Of a stretch of DNA of 64,000 nt, positions 9,157 to 18,134 are shown piece after piece. The notes below the pieces were generated by a model. That model was not told the DNA's origin, ran no database searches, and saw only the letters and a program-made list of their open reading frames with translations. Location of the stretch: NCBI GenBank assembly GCA_020632535.1, contig JACKFJ010000007.1:13749-77748 (forward strand). The letters are read 5' to 3'. The DNA comes from Candidatus Omnitrophota bacterium. GTDB lineage: Bacteria; Omnitrophota; Gorgyraeia; Zapsychrales; JANLHA01. Made by a program: the position numbers and the translations under genes. The first letter of the stretch is position 1, and every line of letters begins with the position of its first letter.

Positions 9157-12100
9157 ATGACTCTTTTGAAGGATTTGTTGTGTCACAGAAGAATATTGAG
9201 TGGCAAAAAAATCATCGCTAGCTTTATTTTGGCTATCTTTTTTGTTTCCTCGATCACGCCAGTAGGGGCGCAAATGGTGCCCGTCTCGGGAACTCGCGTC
9301 GGTTTAATCTCTGGCCTCGCCACGGATGGGCTCGGCATTCCCTCGGACATCGCTTCGCGGTCCTCGGTCAGCTTCCAACCGCCTGTGCTTTTGGGTCTCA
9401 AAATTCATCCTGAGAATCCGCTATTGTTTGACTTTATCGTTGATCAAGGGGAAAGCAGACTTTCAGAGGACGATCTTAAAGCTGAAACTGAAAAGCTCGT
9501 AAAATATTTTCTTGCCGCGTTAACTATTCCTGATAAAGAAGTTTGGGTCAATTTGTCGCCTTATGAAAAAGACCGCATCATTCCTGATGTTTTGGGTCAG
9601 ACGACAATGGGTAAGACAATGCTTGAGCAAGATTATCTTTTAAAGCAATTAGCGTCTTCGCTTACTAATCCCGAAGAAAAGTTAGGACAGGAGTTTTGGG
9701 GTAAGGTGAAGGCACAAGTTGGTGGAAGTGATGTGCCAATGAATACGTTTAATAAAGTTTGGATTGTCCCGCAAAAAGCTGAAGTTTTAGAAAGCCAAGG
9801 CATTGTCTTGGTTGGCGAAAAACGTTTGAAAGTTATGATGGCGGATGACTACACTGCGATGAATATGTCATCCCCGCAATCTCAATCTCTGTCATCCCCG
9901 AATGCTCAATCTTTGTCATCCCCGCAATCTTTAAGCGGGGATCCACTGGCAAAGAATGGATTCCCGATTAAAGATTTCGGGAATGACAAAAATATTAAAG
10001 CATTCGGGAATGATAACAGCAACGTTTCCTCCCAAGTCTTTCGCGACGTGATCCTTCCTAACATCGAAAAGGAAATCAATGAAGGCAAGAATTTTGCTGA
10101 TGTTCGCCAGATTTATAATTCCGTCATTTTAGCCGCGTGGTATAAAAAAGCACTCAAGGAAAGTTTATTGGGAAAAGTTTACACTGACAAAGGTAAGGTC
10201 GCGGGCGTTGAAACCGATGACAAGGATATGAAGCAGAGAATTTATGAGCAATATTTGTCCGCGTTTAAGAAGGGCGTGTATAACCTTATTAAGGAAGAGT
10301 CTGATGTGATAAGTGGTGACATTATTCCTCGTAAGTATTTTTCGGGAGGAGAAAACTTTGCTGATGTCGCCAGTATCATTTCTTCGAGTACTGTAACATT
10401 GCCGCAGGCCGGACGTTTGATTTCTAATAAGAAAACTCAGCTAGCGAAGGTTCAGATGGCTTTGGAACAACATGAATTTGATCAATTGCAGAGTCGTGTT
10501 AATGTTATTGCGTCGACGGGTGTTTTTGAAAGAGATAACTACATTTTCTTAAGATCAGGAAAGCTTTTTGAAGAAATGCGCATAAATGATGTCAAGGAAT
10601 TGTCTCCGGTGGATGTAGATCCTAAAGACATGAACTTTATGTATCATGCTTTTAACCGCGTTTATGAGGCATTATCTAATCGCGTGATTGAAGAAATTAT
10701 TGCATATTTAAGTCAGAGAAATATTCCGGTAAATGATGGGGACATTACAATAGGTTTGACCGACAAAATTATTAGAGGTTTTGTAGAGAAAATTGTCACT
10801 GCTAAAAGTGAAGTACACAATGCTTGGATGCATGCCGCCCAATCAAATCCACTACGATGGAATACGAAAGAAGCAATTAAGAGTCGGTCAAATCAAATAT
10901 TGACAAGTGTTGGTTTAGGCGGTAGCCATCCATTGCATCCACGGATTAGCGAAAAACTTATTTTATCTTTGCTTGATCGTGAGTTTTTAAATAAATGGCA
11001 TAATATGAATAAACCGCCGGAAAGCGCTTCATCCTCAATCAGGCAAGATGAAAGACTTGCTCTTGGACCAATTGCGAATCAGTTTTTGACGAGATTTATG
11101 ACGCAGGAGGAAGCTCATCAAGTTCCTCAAGATATTCGGGATTTTGTGGCGGGATTATTGCGAGCGGCTTTCTTGGGTGGTGAGATTTGGTATGAAAAAG
11201 CAACTTTTGCGGATGGTGCGCAAGGTTATGCTGTGAAATTAAAACAAGGTTTTACAATTTTTGAGTATAAGGCTAATCAGGAAATATATCAAAAAATTGG
11301 TGTCTTGGATGCGCAAGAGGAATTCAATTTGGTTGTTTTAAAAGTATCGCCTGATTTTGTTCGGAGGATTGAGGAAGAAGGTGGCAAGCTTGCATCGCTT
11401 TATGAGAAACTTGCCTTTCAGCGTGGAGTCAAAACAGCCCTTGTTGATGTTGAAAGAAAGCGATTGATTTATACCATTTTGGACTCGCAGAACCCTGAGA
11501 ATTCTTTAAAGAATTTTGAAGATTTTGTTACAAAATTTGAACAAGAGGAATTGTTTTTTGCAGAGGTAGACGCGCACGCGCAGCAACTGGAAATTAGTCC
11601 GATTAGGGATGCCATGATAGAGGTTACCGGTAATGATGCGGCAATGCGGGAAGTATTGTTATTGACGTTTGATAGTCTGGAAAAGGCTTTTGGCAAAGAC
11701 ACGATATTCTTGAGTGGAGAATTTGACTATATCGGATTTCTTTATGCAATTAAGGCAGCTGTAAAAGAGGAGATGCAATTTACAGTTAATGATGAGAAGT
11801 CTAAAATTGATAGGAAGTATATGCTGATCAGTTTAGATTTGGCGAGCGGGATTTTGAATACCAATGATGTTCAAAAAGCAATTGCAGATTTTGGGACTTT
11901 TACAGAAAGTTTTCTAAATGATTTATTTGTAATCACTGACCGGGAAGTGTTGCGTGAGGATTTCGGAAAATTTGAATATATTGGTGCGGAAATTAACGCG
12001 CATTTTGATAAATTGCTGGCGATTTCAGGTGAAATTGAAGTCGCATTGCGCCAATATACGTATATTTTAGGAATGGCAGCGGGTTATTTGTCCGTCGCGT

Positions 12101-12738
12101 CGAGTTCTGCGGAGAGTGATCCGTATTTTAGTCATTTAAAACAGGGGATAGAGGATTTTACTGGTATCAGATATGAGGGGTATTATGTTGCAGGAATAAA
12201 AGGAATTAGCGATACAGATAAATATAAGGCCGCCGTGCAGTTGTTGGATCCGAACGGCACGGGAAATGAAGCGGAATATCAAATCGAAAATTTAGTTAGC
12301 GCAATTCAAGAAGCCGTTTCTGCGCATGCAGAGAAGGCTGGTCAAGATCTTTCTGATTTTGATAAGAGGAATTTAGTAAGAAATTCGCGCTATTTTGTTG
12401 ATCAGTTTATTGGGTTTGTTGAAAATAATCCTCCGATAATTTCATCGAGCGGGGTGACCACTGAGCAATCCAAGATAGTAGCTTCCGCCCCGACAATTGA
12501 GCGCGTCGGTGGTATCGACTTTGACCCGACGAATATGAATTTGCAAATTAAGCGTGATGGGCGCGGTGTGCCGCTGCCATTGCCACAACAGAATTTGGAA
12601 CAGATCAATATTCAAGGTTTATTTCCAGTCATTATTAATATCGTGCCTGTTAACGCGCAGACTTTGCCGATCTTTTTAGGTCAAGCTCCTGCGGAACCAG
12701 CGAGAGAACCAGAGTTGGCGATGAGTACGGTGAGTTAA
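9157..12738 (+). CDS. 1193-aa exported or membrane-anchored protein of unknown function
   Basis: Longest ORF in the window, with a GGAGAGGA SD. The N-terminal hydrophobic signal or anchor is IIASFILAIFFVSSITPVGAQ. I recognised no catalytic motif. The termini look conserved (PPVLLGLKIHPENPLLFDFIVDQGE...RKYFSGGENF at the N-end; GGIDFDPTNMNLQIKRDGRGVPLPLPQQ at the C-end). Confidence 0.85.
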   Translation: MTLLKDLLCHRRILSGKKIIASFILAIFFVSSITPVGAQMVPVSGTRVGLISGLATDGLGIPSDIASRSSVSFQPPVLLGLKIHPENPLLFDFIVDQGESRLSEDDLKAETEKLVKYFLAALTIPDKEVWVNLSPYEKDRIIPDVLGQTTMGKTMLEQDYLLKQLASSLTNPEEKLGQEFWGKVKAQVGGSDVPMNTFNKVWIVPQKAEVLESQGIVLVGEKRLKVMMADDYTAMNMSSPQSQSLSSPNAQSLSSPQSLSGDPLAKNGFPIKDFGNDKNIKAFGNDNSNVSSQVFRDVILPNIEKEINEGKNFADVRQIYNSVILAAWYKKALKESLLGKVYTDKGKVAGVETDDKDMKQRIYEQYLSAFKKGVYNLIKEESDVISGDIIPRKYFSGGENFADVASIISSSTVTLPQAGRLISNKKTQLAKVQMALEQHEFDQLQSRVNVIASTGVFERDNYIFLRSGKLFEEMRINDVKELSPVDVDPKDMNFMYHAFNRVYEALSNRVIEEIIAYLSQRNIPVNDGDITIGLTDKIIRGFVEKIVTAKSEVHNAWMHAAQSNPLRWNTKEAIKSRSNQILTSVGLGGSHPLHPRISEKLILSLLDREFLNKWHNMNKPPESASSSIRQDERLALGPIANQFLTRFMTQEEAHQVPQDIRDFVAGLLRAAFLGGEIWYEKATFADGAQGYAVKLKQGFTIFEYKANQEIYQKIGVLDAQEEFNLVVLKVSPDFVRRIEEEGGKLASLYEKLAFQRGVKTALVDVERKRLIYTILDSQNPENSLKNFEDFVTKFEQEELFFAEVDAHAQQLEISPIRDAMIEVTGNDAAMREVLLLTFDSLEKAFGKDTIFLSGEFDYIGFLYAIKAAVKEEMQFTVNDEKSKIDRKYMLISLDLASGILNTNDVQKAIADFGTFTESFLNDLFVITDREVLREDFGKFEYIGAEINAHFDKLLAISGEIEVALRQYTYILGMAAGYLSVASSSAESDPYFSHLKQGIEDFTGIRYEGYYVAGIKGISDTDKYKAAVQLLDPNGTGNEAEYQIENLVSAIQEAVSAHAEKAGQDLSDFDKRNLVRNSRYFVDQFIGFVENNPPIISSSGVTTEQSKIVASAPTIERVGGIDFDPTNMNLQIKRDGRGVPLPLPQQNLEQINIQGLFPVIINIVPVNAQTLPIFLGQAPAEPAREPELAMSTVS
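9867..10016. repeat. palindromic MITE/REP-like element (copy A), in-frame inside the giant ORF
   Basis: Three 24-nt tandem units start with GTCATCCCCG (9867, 9891, 9915). They are followed by hairpins ATCCCCGC-N9-GCGGGGAT (9918-9942) and ATTCCCGA-N9-TCGGGAAT (9960-9984) and a half copy (9997-10013). The same modules occur at 36642-36751 and 61307-61379. Confidence 0.8.
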
Positions 12739-14084
12739 TTTTTCTTTTTTTCTGAAAGGATACTGCTAAAAACCCAGAACAGGGTCAGCGGTAAAAGGGA
12801 AAAGAGAATGCGATTAAGCGAGACAGATAACCACCATTTGATTTCAAAGTACGTGTTAATTTCATAATACGCTAAAATCACGCCGAAATATATAAAGAGA
12901 AAAATTGCCACAAGAAAGTTTTCGGTCCAAAGTTTTTTTCCCCCGAGTAGCCCGCCGAGTAGAATTAAAAACCATAGTCCATTCCATTTTCCACTTTTAA
13001 ATTCGGTTCCCAAATACATGAAAATGACTTGCAAGCGTTCCCACGTTGCGGGTTTTAATGTCGATGTCAGGCCGTTGATAAAAGTTTGATTGCCCGGGGA
13101 ATACAAGACATGGAAAGCAAGTGTCGGTAAAGACGCGAGAATAAATCCGATAAAGAACAATTTAGTATTCGCAGAAGAGAAAACGTTTTGTTTCTTAAAG
13201 ATGCTCCATGTTGTTAACGATACAACTAGAGCCCCTAAGATTAGCGCCGCGATGAGACCCTCAGGTTTGGTAAATCCTAAAAAACCGTTAAAAATTCCTG
13301 ATAATAAAGCTAAATAACTTTTTTTGTGTTTTTGTGCTTCCAGCAATGTCATTATTCCCGCCAAGAGATAAAAAGACAGCACAATATCGCAATACTGTGT
13401 TGTGGCAAGTAAATTGAAAAACGGTAAAGTCAAAAGCAAAAGTCCGGGAAGAATGCTAAAAAGATTTTTGGTCCGCTCCCATAAAGCACTGCACAATAAT
13501 CCCGCCGTTAAGCCTGTGAATAAGAAAGATGTGATTAAAGGAAGAATAGAAACGGGTTTTTCGGTAAAAAGCCAGCCCCAGACATTGATCAAAGGCAAAA
13601 GAAGAGGATAATGTGGACTGCTGCGCCAAAGTTCGGGTGAAAAAAGGTTGTGCCAGTTGTCCTCGGCCAAAAGTAGAAATTTTGCTTTAAAATTCCAGAC
13701 CTGCCATGCGTCCCAGCCGCCATGAGGATAAAACAAAGCCTGTTTAAAAACACAAGCCAATATGATGATGCCAAGAATGAGTAAAGCAGATTTTTGCCAT
13801 GACCATTTGGGTGGAGTGAACTTAACGCTGTTATTCCCCCAGAGGAAAGCGCGATTAAAGAGGAGTGCACAGAGAAGCAAAAGATGAATGTTGATAATGA
13901 TTTGTGGTTCTAAACGATTTAAAAATAGAAAACTGCCAAATGTCATATAGCTGCTTAAACCTAAACCTAAACCCGCGCCAAGAATGATTTTTAAATATAG
14001 ATTTGGTTGTGTTTCTTTTTTAAGAAACAGGCTTACGATAAGAAAACCGATTGTAAAAGAGATAAAAAAAGGCAAAAAGATCAT
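12735..14084 (-). CDS. polytopic membrane protein, putative GT-C (ArnT/PMT-like) glycosyltransferase
   Basis: 449 aa with about 12 predicted TM helices and loop motifs (YPHGGWDAWQVWNFKAKF, SSPHYPLLLPL) resembling GT-C-fold enzymes. Assignment by eye only. Confidence 0.4.
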   Translation of the reverse strand: MIFLPFFISFTIGFLIVSLFLKKETQPNLYLKIILGAGLGLGLSSYMTFGSFLFLNRLEPQIIINIHLLLLCALLFNRAFLWGNNSVKFTPPKWSWQKSALLILGIIILACVFKQALFYPHGGWDAWQVWNFKAKFLLLAEDNWHNLFSPELWRSSPHYPLLLPLINVWGWLFTEKPVSILPLITSFLFTGLTAGLLCSALWERTKNLFSILPGLLLLTLPFFNLLATTQYCDIVLSFYLLAGIMTLLEAQKHKKSYLALLSGIFNGFLGFTKPEGLIAALILGALVVSLTTWSIFKKQNVFSSANTKLFFIGFILASLPTLAFHVLYSPGNQTFINGLTSTLKPATWERLQVIFMYLGTEFKSGKWNGLWFLILLGGLLGGKKLWTENFLVAIFLFIYFGVILAYYEINTYFEIKWWLSVSLNRILFSLLPLTLFWVFSSILSEKKKN

Positions 14085-14581
14085 GGCTGTTGCCTACTCA
14101 TGTTTTTATCAATTATTGAAATCATGTTAGCTTTTTGTGTGTCGACTATGTTGGGATTATGCGCAATAATAATGCCATATTGATTGCCCTTGAGTGCTTT
14201 GGCGCCGATTTCTTTGATTTTATTAAGTGCGACGACTGGAGAACTGCAATTAAAGATAATAAATTCGTGATTGGTATTGTTGAGATCTAAAATGCTGGGA
14301 GCAAGAATAAGCTGTGCTTGCGCAAACTGCATTGCGGCATGGTTGTCGTCGAGGCTTTTATCCGTGTAGTAACCAATGTAAGGTGCGTTTTGGGTGATCT
14401 TTTCGATTCCACGAAACCAGTCGCCCTTGAAAGTATAAGGATATCGTTGGCGTAGCCGATGATTATTGATTGTTTCCTTGGCTAATGTGTAGAGATTAAA
14501 GACTAAAAGCACGGAGGCCGCCGTCAGGAAAATATGCTTTTTGTTAAAGTCGAGATTAGGGCGTAATTTATTTTGCTTCAT
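14081..14581 (-). CDS. membrane-anchored hypothetical protein
   Basis: 166 aa with one N-terminal TM helix. ATGA overlap with the downstream GT-C-like gene implies translational coupling. Confidence 0.5.
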   Translation of the reverse strand: MKQNKLRPNLDFNKKHIFLTAASVLLVFNLYTLAKETINNHRLRQRYPYTFKGDWFRGIEKITQNAPYIGYYTDKSLDDNHAAMQFAQAQLILAPSILDLNNTNHEFIIFNCSSPVVALNKIKEIGAKALKGNQYGIIIAHNPNIVDTQKANMISIIDKNMSRQQP

Positions 14582-14752
14582 TGTCGTTGAGAAAAGACCC
14601 TTGATACCAGTGTCGTATGATTTATTTTGTATTTCATAGATTCTATCTGGAAAAATGAGATAAATATAAAAAAATATTATTTTTAAGTTAACAGAAATTG
14701 CCTATAATGGCGGTAGCAATTCATTTAATTTTGACTCATCAAGGAGGTTTCT

Positions 14753-15769
14753 TTGATCCGTTTAGGCATTATTGGTTGCGGCCATTGGGGGCCCAACCAC
14801 ATCCGTATTTTTAATCAAATCGCGAACTCCCAAGTCGTAATTTGTGCTGATCTCGATGAAGATCGATTAAAATCGATCAAAGCGCTTTTTCCGACGATCA
14901 AGACTACCAAAAATTATCAGGAAATTTTAAAAGACAGTACAGTTGATGCGGTATGTATCGCGTCTCCGACCAATACGCATTTTCAATTTACAAAAGAGGC
15001 ACTTGAACATGGTAAACACGTTTTGTGTGAAAAACCGCTCGCATTGCATCCTGAGGAATGTTTAAAGTTAAAAGAGATCGCCCATCAGAATAATAAATTG
15101 CTCATGGTTGGTCATATTTTTGTTTTTAATCCGGGCATTGTCCGCCTAAAAGAATATATCCAGTCCGGTGAGTTAGGCACGATTCAGTACGCGCATTCAG
15201 AACGTACGAATTTGGGTCCTTTCCGTTATGATGTCAATGCGTTATGGGATTTAGCACCACACGACATTTCTATTTTTGATTATCTCTTTGAAAGCGCGCC
15301 ATTGAAAGTTTCGGCGTGTGGCCAAAAATGTTTAGGCAAAAGTCTCGAAGATGTGGCTTTTGCGTCGCTGGAGTATCCCGGCAAAATTATGGTTAATATT
15401 CATGTTAGCTGGCTTGATCCTAAGAAAGTCCGACAGATTACGATTGTCGGCGATAAAAAGATGGTTGTGTGGGATGATCTTGATAATTTAGGCCCAATCC
15501 GTCTGTACGATAAACACGTTGAGCGCACAGCAAAGTTTTATGAAAGTTATGGTGAATTTCAACTTTTATCCCGTGAGGGAAGTATCACAATTCCTAATAT
15601 GGGTTTTCATGAACCGTTAAAAATTCAGGCGCAGTATTTTATTGATTGTATGCAAAGCAATAAACAGCCGGAACGCGCGGATGCTGAAAAAGGATTTCAA
15701 GTGGTTCGTACATTATGCGCGACACAGCGTTCGATTGAAAAAGGCGGCATGCCCGAGGTAATTTTGTAA
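14753..15769 (+). CDS. Gfo/Idh/MocA-family NAD-dependent sugar oxidoreductase (WbpB-like)
   Basis: TTG start after an AAGGAGG SD. Rossmann motif IGIIGCGHWG and the EKPLA motif. Confidence 0.8.
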   Translation: MIRLGIIGCGHWGPNHIRIFNQIANSQVVICADLDEDRLKSIKALFPTIKTTKNYQEILKDSTVDAVCIASPTNTHFQFTKEALEHGKHVLCEKPLALHPEECLKLKEIAHQNNKLLMVGHIFVFNPGIVRLKEYIQSGELGTIQYAHSERTNLGPFRYDVNALWDLAPHDISIFDYLFESAPLKVSACGQKCLGKSLEDVAFASLEYPGKIMVNIHVSWLDPKKVRQITIVGDKKMVVWDDLDNLGPIRLYDKHVERTAKFYESYGEFQLLSREGSITIPNMGFHEPLKIQAQYFIDCMQSNKQPERADAEKGFQVVRTLCATQRSIEKGGMPEVIL

Positions 15770-16338
15770 TGTGGAAGAAAAATTATTTTCAGCATCCCAA
15801 TGCTTTGGTTAGTTCTAAAGCTACGGTTGGTGATGACACGCGGATTTGGGCTTTTGTCAATGTTCAAGCGGGAGCAGTTATCGGCCGCGAATGTAATGTG
15901 TGCGACGGATGTTATATTGAAAAAGGCGCGGTCATTGGCGATCATGTGATTCTTAAGAATGGTGTTAATGTTTTTGAAGGTGTGACAATTCAAGACAATG
16001 TTTTTTGCGGAGCGAATACGGCTTTTACGAATGATCGGCATCCGCGCGCGGTTCGTCGAGATCCGTGGGTTTTAGAGCAGACGCTAGTTAAAAAGGGCGC
16101 GTCGATTGGTAGCAATGCAGTCATTTTATGCGGAATCACGATTGGTGAATACGCAGTCATTGGTGCCGGAGCGATCGTGACCAAATCTGTCGGGGATTAT
16201 GAAATCATTACCGGTAATCCCGGCCGGTCTGTGGGGTATGCGTGCCGTTGCGGCCGCAAGCTTTCCGGTGATCATTTTTGTGCAGCCTGCCGACAACAGT
16301 ACATATTTTCTGACAACAAACTTCGCATCAAAGAATAG
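15769..16338 (+). CDS. left-handed beta-helix N-acetyltransferase (WbpD/WlbB-like) with a C-terminal Cys4 tail
   Basis: Hexapeptide repeats throughout and FTNDRHPRA. The tail CRCGRKLSGDHFCAACRQQY looks like a zinc ribbon. Confidence 0.75.
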   Translation: MWKKNYFQHPNALVSSKATVGDDTRIWAFVNVQAGAVIGRECNVCDGCYIEKGAVIGDHVILKNGVNVFEGVTIQDNVFCGANTAFTNDRHPRAVRRDPWVLEQTLVKKGASIGSNAVILCGITIGEYAVIGAGAIVTKSVGDYEIITGNPGRSVGYACRCGRKLSGDHFCAACRQQYIFSDNKLRIKE

Positions 16339-16348
16339 ATTTACTTTT

Positions 16349-17080
16349 ATGAATAAAGTTCTGGTCTGTCCGGTCGCTTATAATGAAAACGTCAAACTTA
16401 AGAATGTCATTGGTCGGTTTCTTAAGTCTCCGGTTTATGGAAAAGTCGATTATTTGATTGTTGATGACGCGTCGGATGATGGAACCAGTGAAATGATTCA
16501 CTCATTTGCGTCGCACGGTGTGCAAACGATTAAACAGTCTCAGCGCATGGGTGTTGGGGCCGCCATTCGAACTGCGGTTAAGCACGCGGTGGATAAAGGT
16601 TATGAGATTTTGGTTATTATGGCGGGTAATGATAAAGATAATCCTGACGAAATTCCACAATTGCTTGCGCCGATTATTGACAAAGGCTTCGATTTGGTTC
16701 AGGGGTCACGTTACATCGGGGGTAATCGTATCGGCGGAGACATGCCGTTTTATCGAAAATGGGCGACACGATTGCATCCATTTCTTCTTTCCGTTGCTGT
16801 TGGTCGTAAAGTCACGGATAGCACGAATGGTTTTCGGGCGATGCGCTTATCGCTCTTTAAAGATGCGCGAATCAATCTCGATCAAGAATGGCTCAACACG
16901 TACGAGTTAGAACCATATATCCTTTTTAAAACGATACGATTAAATTATCGTTTTTGTGAGGCGCCGGTTACTAAAATTTATCCCGCGAAAAGTTTGGGAT
17001 ACACGAAGATGAAACCTATTGTGGGATGGTGGAGTATATTAAAACCGATCTTTTATTTGGGGCTTGGCATTAAGAAATGA
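16349..17080 (+). CDS. family 2 glycosyltransferase (polyprenyl-phosphate sugar synthase-like)
   Basis: VDYLIVDDASDDGT and the DxD-containing GT2 fold. Start moved to Met51 of track ORF 16199..17080 (MNKVLVCPVAYNEN), because the upstream part overlaps the acetyltransferase in another frame. Confidence 0.8.
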   Translation: MNKVLVCPVAYNENVKLKNVIGRFLKSPVYGKVDYLIVDDASDDGTSEMIHSFASHGVQTIKQSQRMGVGAAIRTAVKHAVDKGYEILVIMAGNDKDNPDEIPQLLAPIIDKGFDLVQGSRYIGGNRIGGDMPFYRKWATRLHPFLLSVAVGRKVTDSTNGFRAMRLSLFKDARINLDQEWLNTYELEPYILFKTIRLNYRFCEAPVTKIYPAKSLGYTKMKPIVGWWSILKPIFYLGLGIKK

Positions 17081-17835
17081 AAAAATGTAATCGCTGTAAA
17101 ATTGTTTTTCATAGCGATGAACGCCTGCGCTGTCTTTATTGCGACACGAATTTATTGACTGTCGAAAAAGATGATACTTTGGGATTTCGGGATGATAAAG
17201 ATTTTGATCCCAATCTTGTCGGTGGCGATATTAAACGCGAAGTCTCAGTGCTTAAGGAAATTTTAAGTGAATGGGAAATGGGCGAGTTTCTGCGTGCCCA
17301 ATATGTTGTTGGGACATATTTTAAAGTCAGAACTTTTAAGTTTTTGTATGCTTTTAGCCGTAATCATTTTAGAATGGGCAGGGATTATAAACGACTTTTG
17401 ATCCAGCCATTGAATATTACGTCATTCTTAATTGTCCCGTGGGTCATCGTCGATGTTTTGGATTCTTTTTTTATCAGATTAACTTACAATGCGTATTGTG
17501 AAAAATGTGGATGGAAATTCCGTCAGGTGCACGCGACACAAATACATGACCCTGAGGAGTGTGAATATAATCAGGAATATTCGCGCATTGTAACCGAGAT
17601 TTTAAGCGGGAATGTCAATAAAACCGAAGGCTTGATTAAAGAAAGCGCGTATCGCAAGATTCGTACGGGTAAGCGCAGCGCGTACAAGGATCTTTGTTCT
17701 CGACGGAGCGCAACGGGATGGTTTATGGATGTGATGTGTATATGGCTGTCAATTCTTGCGCTACTTGTGGGTGCAGTTGTAGTTATTTTTCCGATATTTA
17801 TGAAATTTGGAAGTTTTATGACGTCGGATCTTTAG
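17077..17835 (+). CDS. zinc-ribbon membrane protein, function unknown
   Basis: N-terminal CNRCK...CLYCD ribbon, a second CEKCG...EECE cluster and a C-terminal TM helix. ATGA overlap with the GT2 gene. Confidence 0.5.
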   Translation: MKKCNRCKIVFHSDERLRCLYCDTNLLTVEKDDTLGFRDDKDFDPNLVGGDIKREVSVLKEILSEWEMGEFLRAQYVVGTYFKVRTFKFLYAFSRNHFRMGRDYKRLLIQPLNITSFLIVPWVIVDVLDSFFIRLTYNAYCEKCGWKFRQVHATQIHDPEECEYNQEYSRIVTEILSGNVNKTEGLIKESAYRKIRTGKRSAYKDLCSRRSATGWFMDVMCIWLSILALLVGAVVVIFPIFMKFGSFMTSDL

Positions 17836-17858
17836 TGTTTTCTAACTTAGGAGAAAAA

Positions 17859-18134
17859 ATGAAACCTTTTATCATGTGTATAGGAATTTTGATTGTGGCT
17901 GGTTGTACGACAGAAAGCCCGGTGACACATATTATTCGCGACCGAGAATTTAGCCAATATCAGGCGACTCTTGATGAATTGGAAAGTGAATATCTTCGCA
18001 AAGAAATCAGTTACGCTGATTATTTAGAGAAAAAGAAATATGTCGAGAATAATTATCAAAAGCAAGTTGATACACGTCGGACAACGATTCAGGATGCCAG
18101 TAGTATTCGCTTAAATACTGAGTTGGGTCAATGA
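17859..18134 (+). CDS. small lipoprotein, function unknown
   Basis: ATG at 17859 after an AGGAG SD. MKPFIMCIGILIVAGC carries a lipobox. The track ORF start at 17694 overlaps the previous gene. Confidence 0.5.
   Translation: MKPFIMCIGILIVAGCTTESPVTHIIRDREFSQYQATLDELESEYLRKEISYADYLEKKKYVENNYQKQVDTRRTTIQDASSIRLNTELGQ

Noticed and set aside
9867-9938. The three 24-nt direct repeats considered as a mini CRISPR array.
   Set aside because: The units are contiguous, so there are no spacers. There are only three units, they lie inside an intact reading frame, no cas genes are present, and they belong to the palindromic element family.
17596-17620. Partial match TTTTAAGCGGGAATGTC inside the Zn-ribbon membrane protein gene, considered as a fourth copy of the palindromic element.
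   Set aside because: Only about 12 nt are similar, there is no complementary arm nearby, and the region reads as ordinary coding sequence.
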